The notes below the pieces were generated by a model. It saw only the letters and a list, made by a program, of their open reading frames with translations. It had not been told where the DNA came from and searched no databases. From the NCBI RefSeq assembly GCF_963921235.1, contig NC_086097.1, forward strand, positions 190,590,001 through 190,654,000: DNA of 64,000 nt, in the 5' to 3' direction. The DNA is from Mobula hypostoma. Taxonomy: Eukaryota. Shown one piece after another: positions 23,971-37,799 of this stretch. Position 1 is the stretch's first letter; every line of letters starts with the position of its first letter. The translations under genes were made by a program, and so were the position numbers.

Positions 23971-26199
23971 GCAAAGCGGGATGACCCTGTTTTTTTGTCC
24001 TTTACTGTGGAAAAAATAATCACAATTAAATTGATCAAAATCCCTGGCTGTAATACTCACTTATATGGACAAAGGGTTTGGTGCTGAATATTTTTTCAAG
24101 GCACTGTATACCATATGTGCCAACCATGTATTCTAGAAAGGTTGCCATGACAACTGTATCAATATCCACAAATTAAAGCAGACTAAGCAAATAATATGTA
24201 ATTCTTATATTCAAAGGATTTATTCTACTTTGAAATTATATCTTTGTAAAAGTGTAAGATGAATGAATAACTTCAGTCTGATGTCGATAATTCTCAGAAA
24301 TATAGTGTGGTGCAGACTTCTCACACCTTATTTAGCTTAACATCACATAGAGTGCAGCTACAGTGCTGTACCAACCAAGGCATAAAAAAATGTTTGGGCT
24401 TGGTATTTGATCTTTTGAGCACTTTATACACTTAAGCAAGTTTTACCTCAATATGTTAAGAAAGCAGACACTTAAAACATTACATTAGCTGAATATGCTT
24501 TCACAAGCATGTGTATGACTGGGCGCCTACTGGTTTCAGATTGATGGTGAACCATTATCCTAAAATATAAGAAAAAAATAATCACAAAACTTCTTAATCC
24601 TTAATATATGCTACACCCATTCTCATTAACAAATGTGTACTTAAATCTTTCCATTTCAAGTGTTGCAAAGCACAATTGGACCTTAACCCATGCAGCAAGG
24701 CAGACGATTTATTACACCACAGTAATTTCTACAGGTAACACAACATGCCCAACGATTCCATACTTCTTTACTGGGGAATTTATTCAAACAATTAGATTAA
24801 ATTAATTTGTCAGCACTTTTTTCTGAATTTGGAAATTTTTTTAGTTAATTGATATAATCTAAAAACTGGCTCACATCAACTCAAAAATGGGTCAGAGCAG
24901 GTAAGATACTGAAAGTGATAAATGAAGCACTTGCATATTTTTAAAATGATAAAAATACTAAAATGATGAACATTAATGATATAGGGAGGGAAAATATGCA
25001 GTTAAAATAACAAAACAAGTTTTGTTGGGGTTTTAAGAAGAATGATGGGATGAGGGTGGGGAAGTACAGTCAATGTTGAGCGCTAAGGTTATAGTGACAC
25101 ACAAATTTCTGATTCTCCGAGCCTCTCATATGTCCAGATGTGTATTGAAGGGAGGAAAGATAGGAAATGCGAGGTAAAGTCAACTGGTCAGGCAGTATCT
25201 AAACATTCTGACAAAGGATTTTGGTCCTGAAAAGTTTTTATTTCAGATTTTCAGCATCAGTTGTTTTGGTTTTCATTTTGTATTGGGAAACTCTCACTAA
25301 TGTGGCACTCCATAAAAATGGCATCAGGGGTTCCATTTGTATTGCAGTTCTTGCATTGCATGGATTCATGGAGTGCTGAAAGGCATTTTGGCAATCCAGT
25401 GACAATCCTGGAAAATATATAGCCACTCTGTATAGGCAACGAGCAAGTCTACTACCTCTGCTTAAGTTTGTACTAGACAAAGGCTATGTTTCATTTTACC
25501 AAGTAACTATTTTTCCTATTTTCTGCCCCCACAAATTTAAACAGAATAAAACACTAATTATCATGATACAATACTACAGATTTAAATATTGTCCTGGATT
25601 ATTTCTGTTCTCTCACATATTTAAGAATCAAATACAGGAACATAATATATCTATTATGTTAAAGAGTACATTTAATGATATTACATTGTTATTTATACTC
25701 TGAGTTGTCGAATGCACTGAGTTCATGTTGTAGCTCAAGCACATGATACTTTTGTTCTCGAAAGTAACTGTCACTTATAAAGGTAAGTTTTCATTTTCAA
25801 AAAGACTTGCAATACCACACCAAGTAAAGAACCCACTCCTCTGTCCCAGCAATGTGTCAATCACAGTCTCAGTTCAATGCTAATACAGCAAGCTTTCCTT
25901 TTACTCTTCAATTTAAAAACTAATGGCCAAATAAGTAAGATGCTGTGCTGTGAGCTCAAGCTCATTAGGTTTGAACTGAGCTTCCCAAAGTTGCAATCTT
26001 ACAAGCTATTAACAGAAACCTTCTATTTCATCAGCCTGAACTCAGTTTGAAGACCAATTGGAGCAGTGTTACACTACTGTCTAACACAATGTACTCAACT
26101 CCAACAACATATCCTGTTTGTACATTTAATTACTTATTAAAAGTAATCAATGAGAATTAATGAGGATAAGGGCAGAAACCAAGAGAGTGTTCAGCGCTA

Positions 26200-26695
26200 T
26201 GCACCTGTGTTTGATTGGTCTCCCTTCCCCTCGTGCTCGCTGCAACCAGAGGGGAGTGGTAGAGTCTTGGACAAGGTTTGTTCAGCATGGATTGTGAATT
26301 TGACTCATTTTTAGAGAACTTTGAGTTCATGTTATATACGTTTCTGATTTCTAATTACTCCATTTCTTAAATTACTACTTTGCATGATTTTGATCAGGCT
26401 GGACTGGCTCTGCGGCCTGGTCAGTGAACAACAGAGCACTAAATTGAATTGAACTGAATAAAACTGAACATTCCTAGATGGTTTCAGGGACCCTATGGCT
26501 TGATGTTTAATATTCTCTGTGTTACTCACACATTTTTTTGCCTTTTGCACAATTTATTCTTTTTTGTGCATTGGGTGTTTGGTGTTTTCTTTGAAAGGGT
26601 CCCATGGTGTTTGTCTTGTGGCCCTCTGCAGGAAGATGAATTTCAGGTTGGATACTGCATACATACTTTGGTAATAAATGTACTTTGAATCTTTA
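26200..26695 (+). mobile_element. Non-coding retroposon with a Rex1-type 3' end
   Basis: GAAGATGAATTTCAGGTTG...TACTTTGGTAATAAATGTACTTTGAATC terminus; internal (TGAAC)n. Confidence 0.65.
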
Positions 26696-26732
26696 TTAAA
26701 TTTCCAGTCATTCAACACAAGATTTTTATTAT

Positions 26733-27522
26733 GAGCAACGCACGCAAAATGCTGAAGGTGGGGCACCAGAGGGAGCAAGTGTGGAAATGACAAGGGGTAA
26801 GAGGGGAGACAGAAGGACAAAAATGGAAAAAGATAGAGAGGGGGAGGGGGGAAAATTATTGTCAGTTAAGGATCATTAAGATCAGATGGAGTATGACGTG
26901 TGGCTCCTCCAATCTGACTGTGGCCTCATCACGGTAGTAGTGGACCGACACAAGACATAGGAGCAGAATTAGGCCATCTGACCCATTGAGTCTGCTCCAT
27001 CATTCAATCATGGCTGATACTTTTTTTTTCTCCTCCTCAACCCCAGTTCCCGGCTTTCTCCCTATAACCTTTGATGCCATGTCTAATCAAGAACCTATCA
27101 ACCTTTGATGACATGTCAGAATGGGATTGGGAAGTCAAATTACATACCACCAGATATCCTTCCCTTCTCCTCTTCCATTTCTTTCTCCCATGGTCCATTG
27201 TTCTCACCTATCAGATTCCTTCTTCAACCTTTTACCTCTTCCACCTATCACCTCTCCAGCTTCTTACTTCATCTTCCCTTGCCCATCCATCCATCTTCTC
27301 CCTCACCTGATTTCACTATCACTTGTCAGCTTCAACTTCTTCCCCTGCCCACCTACTTACTCTGGCTTCTTTCAACTCCTTTTCTAGTCCTGATGAAGAG
27401 CCTTAGTATGAAGCTTCAACTGTTTATTCCTCTTCATAGATGCTGCCTGACCTGCTGAGTTACTCCAGCATTTTGTGTGTATTACTCTGGATTTCCAGCA
27501 TCTGCAGAATCTTTTGTGTTTT
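26733..27522. mobile_element. Penelope-like element remnant (inverted part plus plus-strand pLTR) with a nested CR1 tail
   Basis: Purine-rich minus part 26733-27140; plus part 27150-27522 with a degenerate hammerhead (AGTCCTGATGAAG..GAAG at ~27386-27422); CR1 3' tail at ~26952-27103. Confidence 0.7.
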
Positions 27523-27837
27523 TATATTTTTTAACGAATGAGGCAGTGTGAACTGTGATTGCGGCAATCACCTGTTGAAATTGTGGTAGGTCCCACATGG
27601 AATCTATCAGTGAAACTCAGTTCATTTATAGAAAAGAAAGGGTTAATATTACAGGCCCAAGAACCTTGTCAAAACTGGGAAAGAGAGAAAGCAAATTAGT
27701 TTCAGTAGCAGAGAAGTTGAGCAAGAGATGACCGCAGAAAGTGAATACCTCCGATAAACTGAGTCCAAGTGACTCACTGTTAGTTAGAATCAGAGCATGC
27801 TTCTTTGTGTTATGTGTCCCCAATAGCAAAGTTGCAA

Positions 27838-28440
27838 GAATCAGAATTAAATTTACTATCACTGGCATAAGTCATGAAATCTGTTGTTTTGCAACAACAG
27901 TGCATTTCAATACACAATAATAAAACTAAAATTATAATAAATATAAATATACAAATTAAATAAAATAAATGCAAAAGGAGAGCATAAATACTCCGAGTGT
28001 CCAGGGATTCACTGTCCATTCATCAATCTGATGGCGGTGGGTAAGAAGCTGTTCCTGAAATGCGTGTGTGTCTTCAGGCTCATGTACCTCCTCGTGATGT
28101 AGCAATGAGAAGAGGGCAGGTACTGAGTGATGGAGACCCTTAATGATGGATGCTGCCTTTTTGAGGCATCGCCTTTTGGAAGTGTACTTGATGCTGGAGA
28201 GGCTAATTCCCACGATGGAGTCAGCTGAGTTTACAACTTTCTGCAGCTTTTTCTGAACCTGTGCATTGACCCCTCCACACCAGACAGTGATGCAACGAGT
28301 TAGAATGCTTGCTACAGTACATCCGTAGAAATTTGAGCGAGTCTTTGTGACATACCAATTCTCCTCCAGCTCCTAATGTAATATAGCTGGTGTCATGCTT
28401 TCTTTGTAATTATATCAATATGTTGGGCCCAGGATAGATG
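27838..28440 (-). mobile_element. Rex1/Babar-type LINE 3' part
   Basis: KRRCLKKAASIIKGLHHSVPALFSLL; (ATTCTG) tail at ~27838. Confidence 0.85.
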
Positions 28441-28587
28441 GCTGATAGGCCCAATAGATCAAACAATAAAGCGAAGATGAGAGCAGAGGTGGGAGAAATC
28501 GATGAGATGCAGACTCTTCACAGGTGCCTCCCATCTACATAGGCCTTGGTTTCTCCTCTGCTGTACTGGATAAAGCCAGAATTTCAA

Positions 28588-29140
28588 AAGACATAAGAGC
28601 AGAATTAGGCCATTTGGCCCATCGAGTCTGCTCCATTATTTCATCAAGGCTGATCCATTTCTCCTCTCAGCCCCAGTCTTCTGCCTAGCCTCCTATATCT
28701 CTTCGTGCCTGACCAATCAAGAATTGATCAACCTCTGCCTTAAATACACATAAAGGCTTGGCCTTCACAGCTGCCTGTGGCAACGAATTCCACAGATTCA
28801 CCACTCTCTGGCTAAAGAAATTGTTGAAGAAGTTCCTACTCAGCTTCATTCTAAAAGGATGTCCCTCTATTTTGAGGCTTTGTCCTCTAGTCTTAGACCA
28901 TCAGACACATCCTCTCCACATCCACTCTATCAAGGCCTTTCTCCATTTGATAGGTTTCAAATAGGGCATCCGTCATTCTTCTGAATTCCAATGAATACAG
29001 GCCCAGAGCTATCAAACACACTTTATATAACAAGCTGTTTAATCCTGGAATCATTTTCATGAACCTCCTTTGAACCCTCTCCAGTTTCAGCACATCCTTT
29101 CTAAAGGGCCCAAAACTGCTCAGAATACTCTAAGTGAGGA
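28588..29140 (-). mobile_element. CR1 3' part
   Basis: LERVQRRFMKMIPGL...LGLYSLEFRRM; 3' end GGCCTAATTCTGCTCTTATGTCTT. Confidence 0.85.
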
Positions 29141-29149
29141 ACTGGCTAC

Positions 29150-29600
29150 ATTTCATCTTTATTCTCACTCTCCTCCAGGAAAGAGCAAAAACCGCTTCAA
29201 ATCCTTCAGACTCCACCTTCAGATTATCCTTTGCAATTTCCACAGGCTCCAGCAAGATTCCACCACTAGGCATGTATTCCCTTCCCGAACTCTTTCAGCA
29301 TTTTGCAGGGAATTGCCCACTCAATGACCATTTGGGCCACCCTGTCATATCACCGACCACTTCCTATCTCCTGGCCCTTATGTATGCAATACAGGAGAGA
29401 CAAGACCTCTGCTGTCACCTGTTACATTCAAACCAATCTAAGATCTCTTTGATCAAATGCATTTCCAATCCAGTGCACTGTATCTGGTGTTCACCAGGTT
29501 CTCTCGTCTACATTGAAGACACCAAACACAGGTTGGGTGACTATTTTGCAGAACAAACATTTGAGCTCCACTGATGTGACCACCAGGTTTCAGTTAACCA
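29150..29600 (+). mobile_element. Old Penelope-like fragment (GIY-YIG region)
   Basis: KCISNPVHCIWCSPGSLVYIEDTKHRLGDYFAE resembles the GIY-YIG N-terminus. Confidence 0.7.
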
Positions 29601-29679
29601 CGGGCTCCTTCAAAAATGTTATGTCACTATTCCAATGAGCATAACACAAGCTTCAAAAATTACATCACATCACCCGAAA

Positions 29680-30720
29680 GGGCAGAAGAGGAGGCCATGG
29701 ACTGACATGTTGGAATGGGAATGGGGACTGGAATTAAAATGGTTGGCCACTGGGAAATCCTGCCCTTTGCAGCTGGATGAAGGTGCTTGACCTCCAGTTT
29801 ACATCTAGTCTCACCAATATAGAGGAGACCGCATTGGGAGCACAGTATACAACAGATTCACAGGTGTAATGTTGCCTCATCTGAAGGACTCTATGGGGCC
29901 CTGAATAGAGGTGAGGGAGGAGGTCAATAGGGCAATGGGGCACTTTCTCCACTTGCAGGGATAAATTCCAGAATGGAGATTAGTGGGAAGGGATGAATAA
30001 ACAAGGGAATCATGGAGGGAGTGACCCCTGCAGAAAGTGGAAAGTGGTCGGGAAGATAAAGAAGTGTTTGGTGGTAGGATACCGTTAAAGGTGGTGGAGG
30101 TTGCAGAGAAAACAGGATGTCTGGGAAATGGAGAAGCAGGTGAGTGCAGCGTCAATGATGGAGGAAGGGAAACCCTGTTCTCTGAATCTCTTATTTCCTA
30201 GAAAGGAAAGCCTCATCCAGGGAACAAATGCAGTAGAGATGAAGGAACTCAGAAAAGGGAATGGCATTTTTATTGGAGACAAGGTGGGAAGAGGTATAGT
30301 CAAGATACCATAGAAGTCAGTAGGTTTATAAGCGATATTGGTAGACAGTTTGTCTCCAGAGAAAGAGAAAGAGATGGAGAAAGTGGAGAGAGACATCAGA
30401 AATGGACAAAGTGCACTTAAGGGAAAGTGGTAGCTGGAAGCTTAAGTTGATGAAATTGATGAGCTCAGCATGGGTGCATGAAGCAGCACCAATGTAGCCC
30501 AGAAAGATTTGGGGAGGATTAGCAAGGACGGCTTGGAACATGGTCTGTTCCACATAGCCAACAAAACACAGGAGTGCCGGGGGTCATGTATATGCCCATA
30601 CTGCATGGTGATTTTGGATAAAGTGGGAGGAGTTTAAAGGAAAATTGTTGAGTTTGAGGACCAGTTCCACTAGACGGAGGAGAGTAGTGGTGGGGCGAAA
30701 CTGGTCAGGTCTTTTGTTGA
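29680..30720 (-). mobile_element. Penelope-like element, decayed RT-linker-GIY-YIG
   Basis: TLLRLVELVLKLNNF, GDKLSTNIAYKPTD, SLHDSLVYSSLP..GIYPCK, IQGP..S, MRQHYTCES motifs across frameshifted ORFs. Confidence 0.85.
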
Positions 30721-31359
30721 AAATAGTTATCACTATTGAATTTTCTAAATTTAAATAACTGACTTTTTCTTTCATTTTACCTGTATAATGACTGTGTATT
30801 TCTGCTTGTCCTAAGTTTGGCTCAGTTTTTCTTTTCTGTCAGTAAGCCTGATCTACTGTGCATACTTAACAATTTTGCTATTAGCAACACGTTACACAAA
30901 GAGTGATAATATGATTCTAACAGCCACTGCAACTGCTATGTTAACTTACTTAGTTTCACTCTATCAGCAAAATACCAGCTGTTCTACACATACTACCTCC
31001 ACTTTCTCTGCAACTGAAAATTGTACTTTAAATTTCTCTTCCCCACCTCCTACAGAACTGAAACATTAAATCTATTTCTCCTTCCACAAATGCTACTTGA
31101 CCTGCTGCTGGTTTCAGACATTTCTATTATTATTTCAGATTTCCGCCATCTGTAGTTTGATTTCTGGGGAAATGCCTCTTGAACTGTCATAAATGGTGCC
31201 AAATTCAAAACCCCATTCATTTCAATAAGGTTTAGAGGACAAAAGATTGGAAGGCGAAAAAAAAAATTTTACAAAATTACATTATTTTAGTGTTTAATTA
31301 TTTATGCATTTTGTTTCACATAATTTAAAAAAAACCTTTAGAACAATTGTCTGGCTAGG

Positions 31360-32220
31360 CACAGCTCAAATGCCATCTTTAACTTTGCTGATGACACAAC
31401 TATTGTTGATAGATTTTCAATGGTGACAAGGAGGTATACAGGAGTGAGATGGATCAGCTGGTTTAGTGGTGTCACAACAACAACCTTGCACTCAATGTCA
31501 GTAAGACCGAATAATTGAATGTAGACTTCAGGATGAGGAAGTCAAGGGAACACACTGCAGTCCTCACTGAGAGATCAGAGGTAGAAAGTGTGAGCTGTTT
31601 CAAATTCCTGGGCCCAACATACTAATGCATGAAGGGAAAGAAGGCATGACAGTGGCTATAATTCTTTAGGAGTTTAAGGAGAATTGGTGTGTCACCAAAG
31701 ACACTTGCATATTTCTTCAGATGTACCACGGAGAGCATTCTAACTGGTTCCATCACCACCTGGAATGGATGGGCCACTGCACGGGATCAGAAAAAGCTGC
31801 ACAAAGTTGTAAACTCAGCCAGCTCCAACAAGAACACCATCCTTTCCAGCATCCAAGATACCTTTAAAAGGCAATGCCTCAAAAAGGAGGCATCCATCAT
31901 TAAGGACCCCTGTCACCCAGGATATGCCCTTCTCTTACTGCTACCATCAGGGAAGAAGTACGGGATCCTGAAGACACACACTCAATGCTTCAAGAACAGT
32001 TTATTCCCCTCTGCCATCATGAATGTTACCTCAGCAGCCTTTTCCTCACTTTTTACACTACTTATCCAATTAAGTTTTGTTTTTTTAATATATACAGTAG
32101 TTCTTATTCTAATTTATAGTTACTATTATATATTGCAATGTACTGCAATACATAATAGTAACTATAAATGAATTTCATGACATATGCCAACGGTATTAAA
32201 CCAGATTCTGATTCTAATTC
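31360..32220 (+). mobile_element. Rex1/Babar-type LINE 3' part
   Basis: FADDTT; ORF 31689-32171 ESILTGSITTW...LLPSGKKY..FKNSLFPSAI; (ATTCTG)n tail. Confidence 0.88.
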
Positions 32221-32394
32221 ACAGGTGTGATCTCCTTTCTGCTATGCACTTTGTCCCAGAAAGCTCAGCTCTCCAGTTAAATTCCAGCAACAAATTTGGG
32301 CAGGAGGAGGTGTCCAGCAAGATCTGGCCACTATAACAAATGAATAAAAAAATAATTTAAGTTGCTCATTTTACATTTTTTTTTCTTCTGATAT

Positions 32395-32700
32395 AGGAGG
32401 CCATCTGGCACATTAGGTCTGCACTACTTACTAGAACAATCCGATTCCCTCATCTATCACCTTCTAATCAATTCTCTCTTACATCCAATTAAATCTACCC
32501 CCCCAACACAATTCTCCCTTCACATATTTACAGCAGGGTACTTTGTAGCAGCCAGTTAAGCTGCCAGCTGGCAAGTTATCAGAATGCGAAAGGAAACTGG
32601 GGAAAGGAAACTGTATCTGGGGAAAATGCAGCATCACATAGAGAATGTAAAAACTTCACAGACACATCAGTCACGATGGAAACTGGGTCATTTGACGTAT
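32395..32700 (-). mobile_element. Old V-domain-like SINE
   Basis: Degenerate antisense match to the V-SINE at 46790 (AGGAAACTGGGG..GGAAA..CACATAGAGAATGTAAAAACTTCACAGAC). Confidence 0.45.
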
Positions 32701-33379
32701 TGGTTCTATCTAATTCTGATACCGTGTCCTTTTGTCTTCTCTGCTGCACTGCCATGCCACTTTAAGCAAGAAGTACAGAAAATGAAACTCAGCTTCACGC
32801 ATCATATTAGCATCTAGAATTAGATTCAAAGTTTAGCAATCACGTGTACCTCATCTTGTGACCCTAATAGTATTTGCTGTCCTCAGCCTCCAATCTTGAC
32901 ACTGAATAGATCGGTAACCATCCCCTGCCCCCACACAACTGCCCCCTACTACTTTGCCCAGATCTCTGTGTCTTCCCGTACCCCAAAGGTTTATGTCCCT
33001 GATATGGTACTAAAATGGTCATGAATTATACCTTTTGTGATTGTAACTACAATAACTTCCCTTTGTTTCTTAACTTAATGTGACTGACCACGCCATCCAG
33101 CTCCAATGAACTCCATTATATCAGTCGGTATTTGCCAAGCTCTGTTATCTATTCACTTACAGCAAAGGATAACCAGCACTGACATTTCTCTCACATCTAT
33201 GCTGTTGTCCCCAAGGAGCAATACTTTTCTCTCACCAACTACACATTCACAAGCTACCCCTCAACAACGTTAAAGAAAAACATCAGGTTTCCACACATAC
33301 ACTGACAGAGGTGGGGTCAGTTAGTTTCATCAATTACAGCCCACTAATGTCTCTAGAAGGCAGTATTCATCACTAGGAA

Positions 33380-34760
33380 TCACGCCTCAACCCCTCATCA
33401 GTCAAACCATGTGCTCTTCTCTTGCTGCCATCAGGTGATAAGTGCAGGAGACTTAAGAACAACATGTTAAGATTCAATAGCAGTTTCTTCCCCACTACAA
33501 GCAGATTCAAGTGACCTGAAAAACCTGAACATCTCCTTTATTTTTTCTCTCTTTCAGTTTACTTTATGGTTTGATTTTCACCAAGTGCCGAAATTTTATG
33601 TTAATTTATGTTTGTCCATGTTTGATAATACTGTGCTACTGCTGCAAAAAACAAAATTTTCATTGTACCTATGCCACGCCAATGCCTATGACAATGCAAT
33701 ACAAAGCAGCATACCCCAACATGTGTTACGTTGTGGCAGCTGACTTTGTTCAGCCCTGTTTGACGAAGTCTCTGTTGGACTACTATCAATACGTTAGTTA
33801 TTTTAGCACACTATGCAATCAGAAATTTGGCAGGCTTTGTTGGGCTGAATGGCCTGTTCCTGTCAAAAGCTTTCTAATCTAAAAACACAAGACCTACAAT
33901 ACTAGAGGGCTCAACGCATTTGACCACTGCTACACCACCACTACCAAGAATGCCTACCACTCCATCCCACCGCTACACTTTTGTAAATCTGACCACCCTG
34001 CTGTGTTTCTTCTGCCCACATACAGATATAGACCAATCAGGGTTGCACTGGTGAAGAAGACCACAAAGAGCTAGACAGCAGAAACCAAGGACTGAGTTCA
34101 GGATTATGTCCAGACATGTTCAAGGATTAATCACTGGACCTAAATGAACATACTGCCTTCACTAGTGACTTTATAAGGACATGCATGGATGAGTGTGCAC
34201 CCACCAAAACATTCTGAGTCTTCCTCAGACAGAAGCCCTGGATGCAAGAGCTGATTCAAAATTTGCTGAGGACTAGATCTGTGGTATTAAGGGTTGCATA
34301 ATTTAACTTCCTACAAAGCAAGATCCGCTAACATAAATGGCAACAACCCATCATGGCTGGATGAACTTGGTATCTATGTATGCTGCAATATAGAACAATT
34401 TGACACACCCCATCGTCAAATGACACTGTAATCTCAGTCGCTGAGACTGATGCCTTGGCATCCTTCAAGAGGGCAAATCTGCAGAAGTTGCCTTGACCAG
34501 GGGAAATACTTGGCCGAGTACTGACGGCCTGTTTGGACCAAATATTTGCAGGATTTATGGACATATTCAACCTCTTACCTCTGCAGTCCGATGTCCCCAC
34601 CTGCCCCAAAAAGGCATCAATTATACTAGTACCCTGAAGCAAGGCGACCTACCTCAATAACTACTGTCCAGTGGCACTTACACCAACTGTAATGAAGTTC
34701 TTTAAAAGGTTGGTTATGGCATGAAATCAACTCCTGCCTCAGATGACCTGGATCCCAATA
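33380..34760 (+). mobile_element. Rex1-type fragments (3' end at ~33380-33690; EN/RT piece at ~33890-34760)
   Basis: LLPSG motif; DHCYT, SDH, QKPW, NYCPVALT.TVMKFF motifs. Confidence 0.7.
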
Positions 34761-35680
34761 TGGAGTCACAAAGGGTGAACAATACTTCAAAATAGAATCA
34801 AAGTTTTTTTTTTCTTGATACTTATTTAATTTTTATATTACCTGGCGCTGTTTATCACTTTTGAGTTATGGTTAAATTAGCTTTTGACACCTCATCGCCC
34901 CATCAACTGCAGTTTAACCGGTATTCAACACAAACTACAAAGGTGATATTTCATTGATTGAAATTTTTAAGCAAACTTAATTCCTTTTACCTTGTTCAAT
35001 GAAAAATTTTAATATTGTCAGAAGCAGAACATTCTCATTGCTTATTACTATCACTTCCATGTCCAGCAGCAACATTCAAAATGATATCACTCATCTTTTG
35101 TAAACCTGATCACTAGTATTCAGTTTCATGACAAAAAATACAAATCTATATTCAAAAATTAACATCATGCAAATACAATATAACAAAACTAAATAAATGC
35201 ACTGCTCCCCTACTTTACATGACTAGAATTCTAAATAAATGATAATATATGATTATAAATGATAATATATGGGGCGGGGGAGAGAATAGGTTGGGGAAAT
35301 AAATCATTCAAGTGCATCACCAATCGAATAGTCTGTATAGGCCTTGATTTGTACAAAGGAGTTTGGGTTGTACAACAGCATTAAGACAATATTTTTTCAT
35401 AATGGCATGCAGAAATTAAATATAGGTCATTCAAATTGGATATAATTCCACTCACAGCCTGAATAACAGGGGGACATCTATACTGGAGAACCAATTGTAC
35501 AACAGCAGATGCGTAGATTGTGATGTTGGGTGGGGGCGGGGGGGGGAAGAGGATGTTGTTGATGATGGTTTGAGAGGGAACAGAATACAGCGGGATGAGT
35601 ATTTACTGACTAATTTGTCATCGTGAAGTAAACTCTCCTCTTCTCTTGGTTTACAAAGCAGTGCTGTAAAAGTCACTTAC

Positions 35681-35813
35681 CTTGTCTTTCTTGCTTTGCG
35701 TTCAGCTGCCAAAATTCCTAAGGCCTGGCAACCCAGTCACTTGTGGCAAGAATAGAAGGCAGCAGACCAACACATTCTGTATCTGAATGGGATGCCCTAC
35801 TCTGTCCCTGTTT
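35681..35813 (-). other. Candidate non-coding (5' UTR) exon, 133 nt
   Basis: Acceptor ...tactctgtttttaatAG| and perfect donor AAG|GTAAGT; unique sequence; all three frames contain stops; lies ~2.3 kb downstream of the CpG-island donor at 38165. Confidence 0.6.
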
Positions 35814-36910
35814 CTATTAAAAACAGAGTATCTGAAAATCTAGCCCCTGCTACAGAGCTTTTTGCATCCAACAGAATCATTTTTTGGGAACTGAGGTTCA
35901 TCCTACTATGTCAATATTTTTCTATAATGTTTCAATGTCAAATATCATGTGATTGTTGTTCATCATCAGGTTTAAAAATGCTCTTTATTAACTGCCAGCC
36001 AAGATGTGTCTCAGCTAAGAGAAAATTCAGCAGCTTTAATAAATTCAGACGGTATGATATACAATACATTGGATGCTGGAAACTGAGTTCTGAATGGAAG
36101 ATTCAGAGTATTTCCAGCACGTTTAAAGCAGATTTCTGCCATTCTGCTCTTGTACTAAATGAATGTCATAATAAAGCATTTGTGACTCTCTTTTGAGGCA
36201 TCAATCATGTTGAAGTGCATTGACAAGGGGCTGCCCTCAAATTAAATTGTATTCTGGAAGAAATAACAACTTTGCTAAGCTAATTATTAACGGTTGAAAT
36301 TCTATTCAATTTTTCTTTATTAACATTATATGAATTAAGTCAACAGGACTCTATATAACTATTGAATAATGTTTGAAAAAAGTAAAAATGATAAACTTTC
36401 AATAATCAAACACTTTCTAACCAATGGTATACTGTTAGCACCTTCCCTGAAGGTATTTCAAATCTGTGTTTGGCAGTCTTATTACAACTGCAATGTATGC
36501 TCCTTTAACAAACAGCACACATAAATGGTTCACTAGTGAAGAAATGGTTCACCAGTCAAGAAATCTAAAGTAGTTAATTGCTTATTAAATAAAAGAAAAT
36601 GGTTCTTAAAGGCAAATTGTATCTCTGATATTAAATCTTCAGAGCTACCTGCTGAATAAAAGAACAGAATACATCTGGACAATTTTCATTCTAGACAAAT
36701 ATAACAAGATCCAAATTCTACAACATGTTGTTTCTCAAAACCAGTAGGAAGCATTTTCCCTTTCACTGAGAACCTTTTGGAGATGTGAACTGCATTGTCA
36801 GATCCTGGTCACACAGATAAGAATGCTTGTCAGTCGCCTTGCTTGCACAATATTGAATTTGGCTAGAACTTCCCAAACTTCTGCATTAATAAATGACATT
36901 ATCCATTTAC

Positions 36911-37067
36911 CTGCCGCCCTCATTCCTTACAACGATCGAATTCAGGACAAGAGTGTTCTTCAATAGATACGCTTTACTCAATAACTGGCAAACTGTCTTC
37001 CGAACACCCAATGAACGGCACTGCTTCCAATGAAATCATTTGTGATAAAAATGGAAACGTGCAATTC
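36911..37067 (-). other. Possible alternative 5' exon
   Basis: Donor CAG|GTAAAT at 36911 and weak acceptor catctacAG at 37068; CpG-enriched surroundings. Confidence 0.3.
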
Positions 37068-37799
37068 CTGTAGATGACGGGCTCTCGTCCGAACACACAT
37101 ATAGGTAAAGTCAAGCATCGCAAAGTGTCACTGTCATTTTGGCCGGCAGACTACAGTTACTGTACTTACATCGCAGCGGCACCGTTTACAGTGATTCTCC
37201 CATACTGTTGTCAGAAGCTCTTCATCGGAAAGCATCTCACAAGTTCCCATGGACGCAGTTTATGAAAACACAATGAATATTCGGCAGCAATGCCGCAAAT
37301 ACGGAAATAACACGACACTCTACAGCGCAATGGACACGTTAGGCAGACTACCCGGAGGAAATCATTAAATGAAACACACGTTATTTACTTTATTTGTCAA
37401 CATTTTATTCCCATCTTTTCTGACAGTGACAGGGTTACATTATATTGGCCATGAAGAACTGATGTGCCTTTGTCACAATATAACCAGTAACGCACTTAAC
37501 TTTCCCCCCGAAACCTTCCACAGCCATCCACAACTTTGTTTTGGGTTTTACTGATTAAAAAAAAAGTTTAACAACTGAAATCAAAATTTGTTCTTTCTTT
37601 GGTTTAATTTTTAAAAAGCAACCGTATGAAATAATGGACGCATTTAGGGAAAGGACTGGACTTCAAGAAAAAAGTGCTTTAGCAACAACCTGCAAGAAAA
37701 GTTTTTTGTTAAAAAATATAGAAAAGTCTGCAAAACACTTTTGTTGACAATGAAAACTTGCATCAGGTCGTGCTTTTTGTGGCTTGTCACTTCAGCTCA

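Larger units (their letters stand above)
22181..24106 (+). mobile_element. Tc1-family DNA transposon, full length but decayed
   Basis: TIRs CAGTGGCTTGAAAAAATATACAGCCCC / GGTGCTGAATATTTTTTCAAGGCACTG; TA TSD at 22179-22180 and 24107-24108. Confidence 0.93.
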
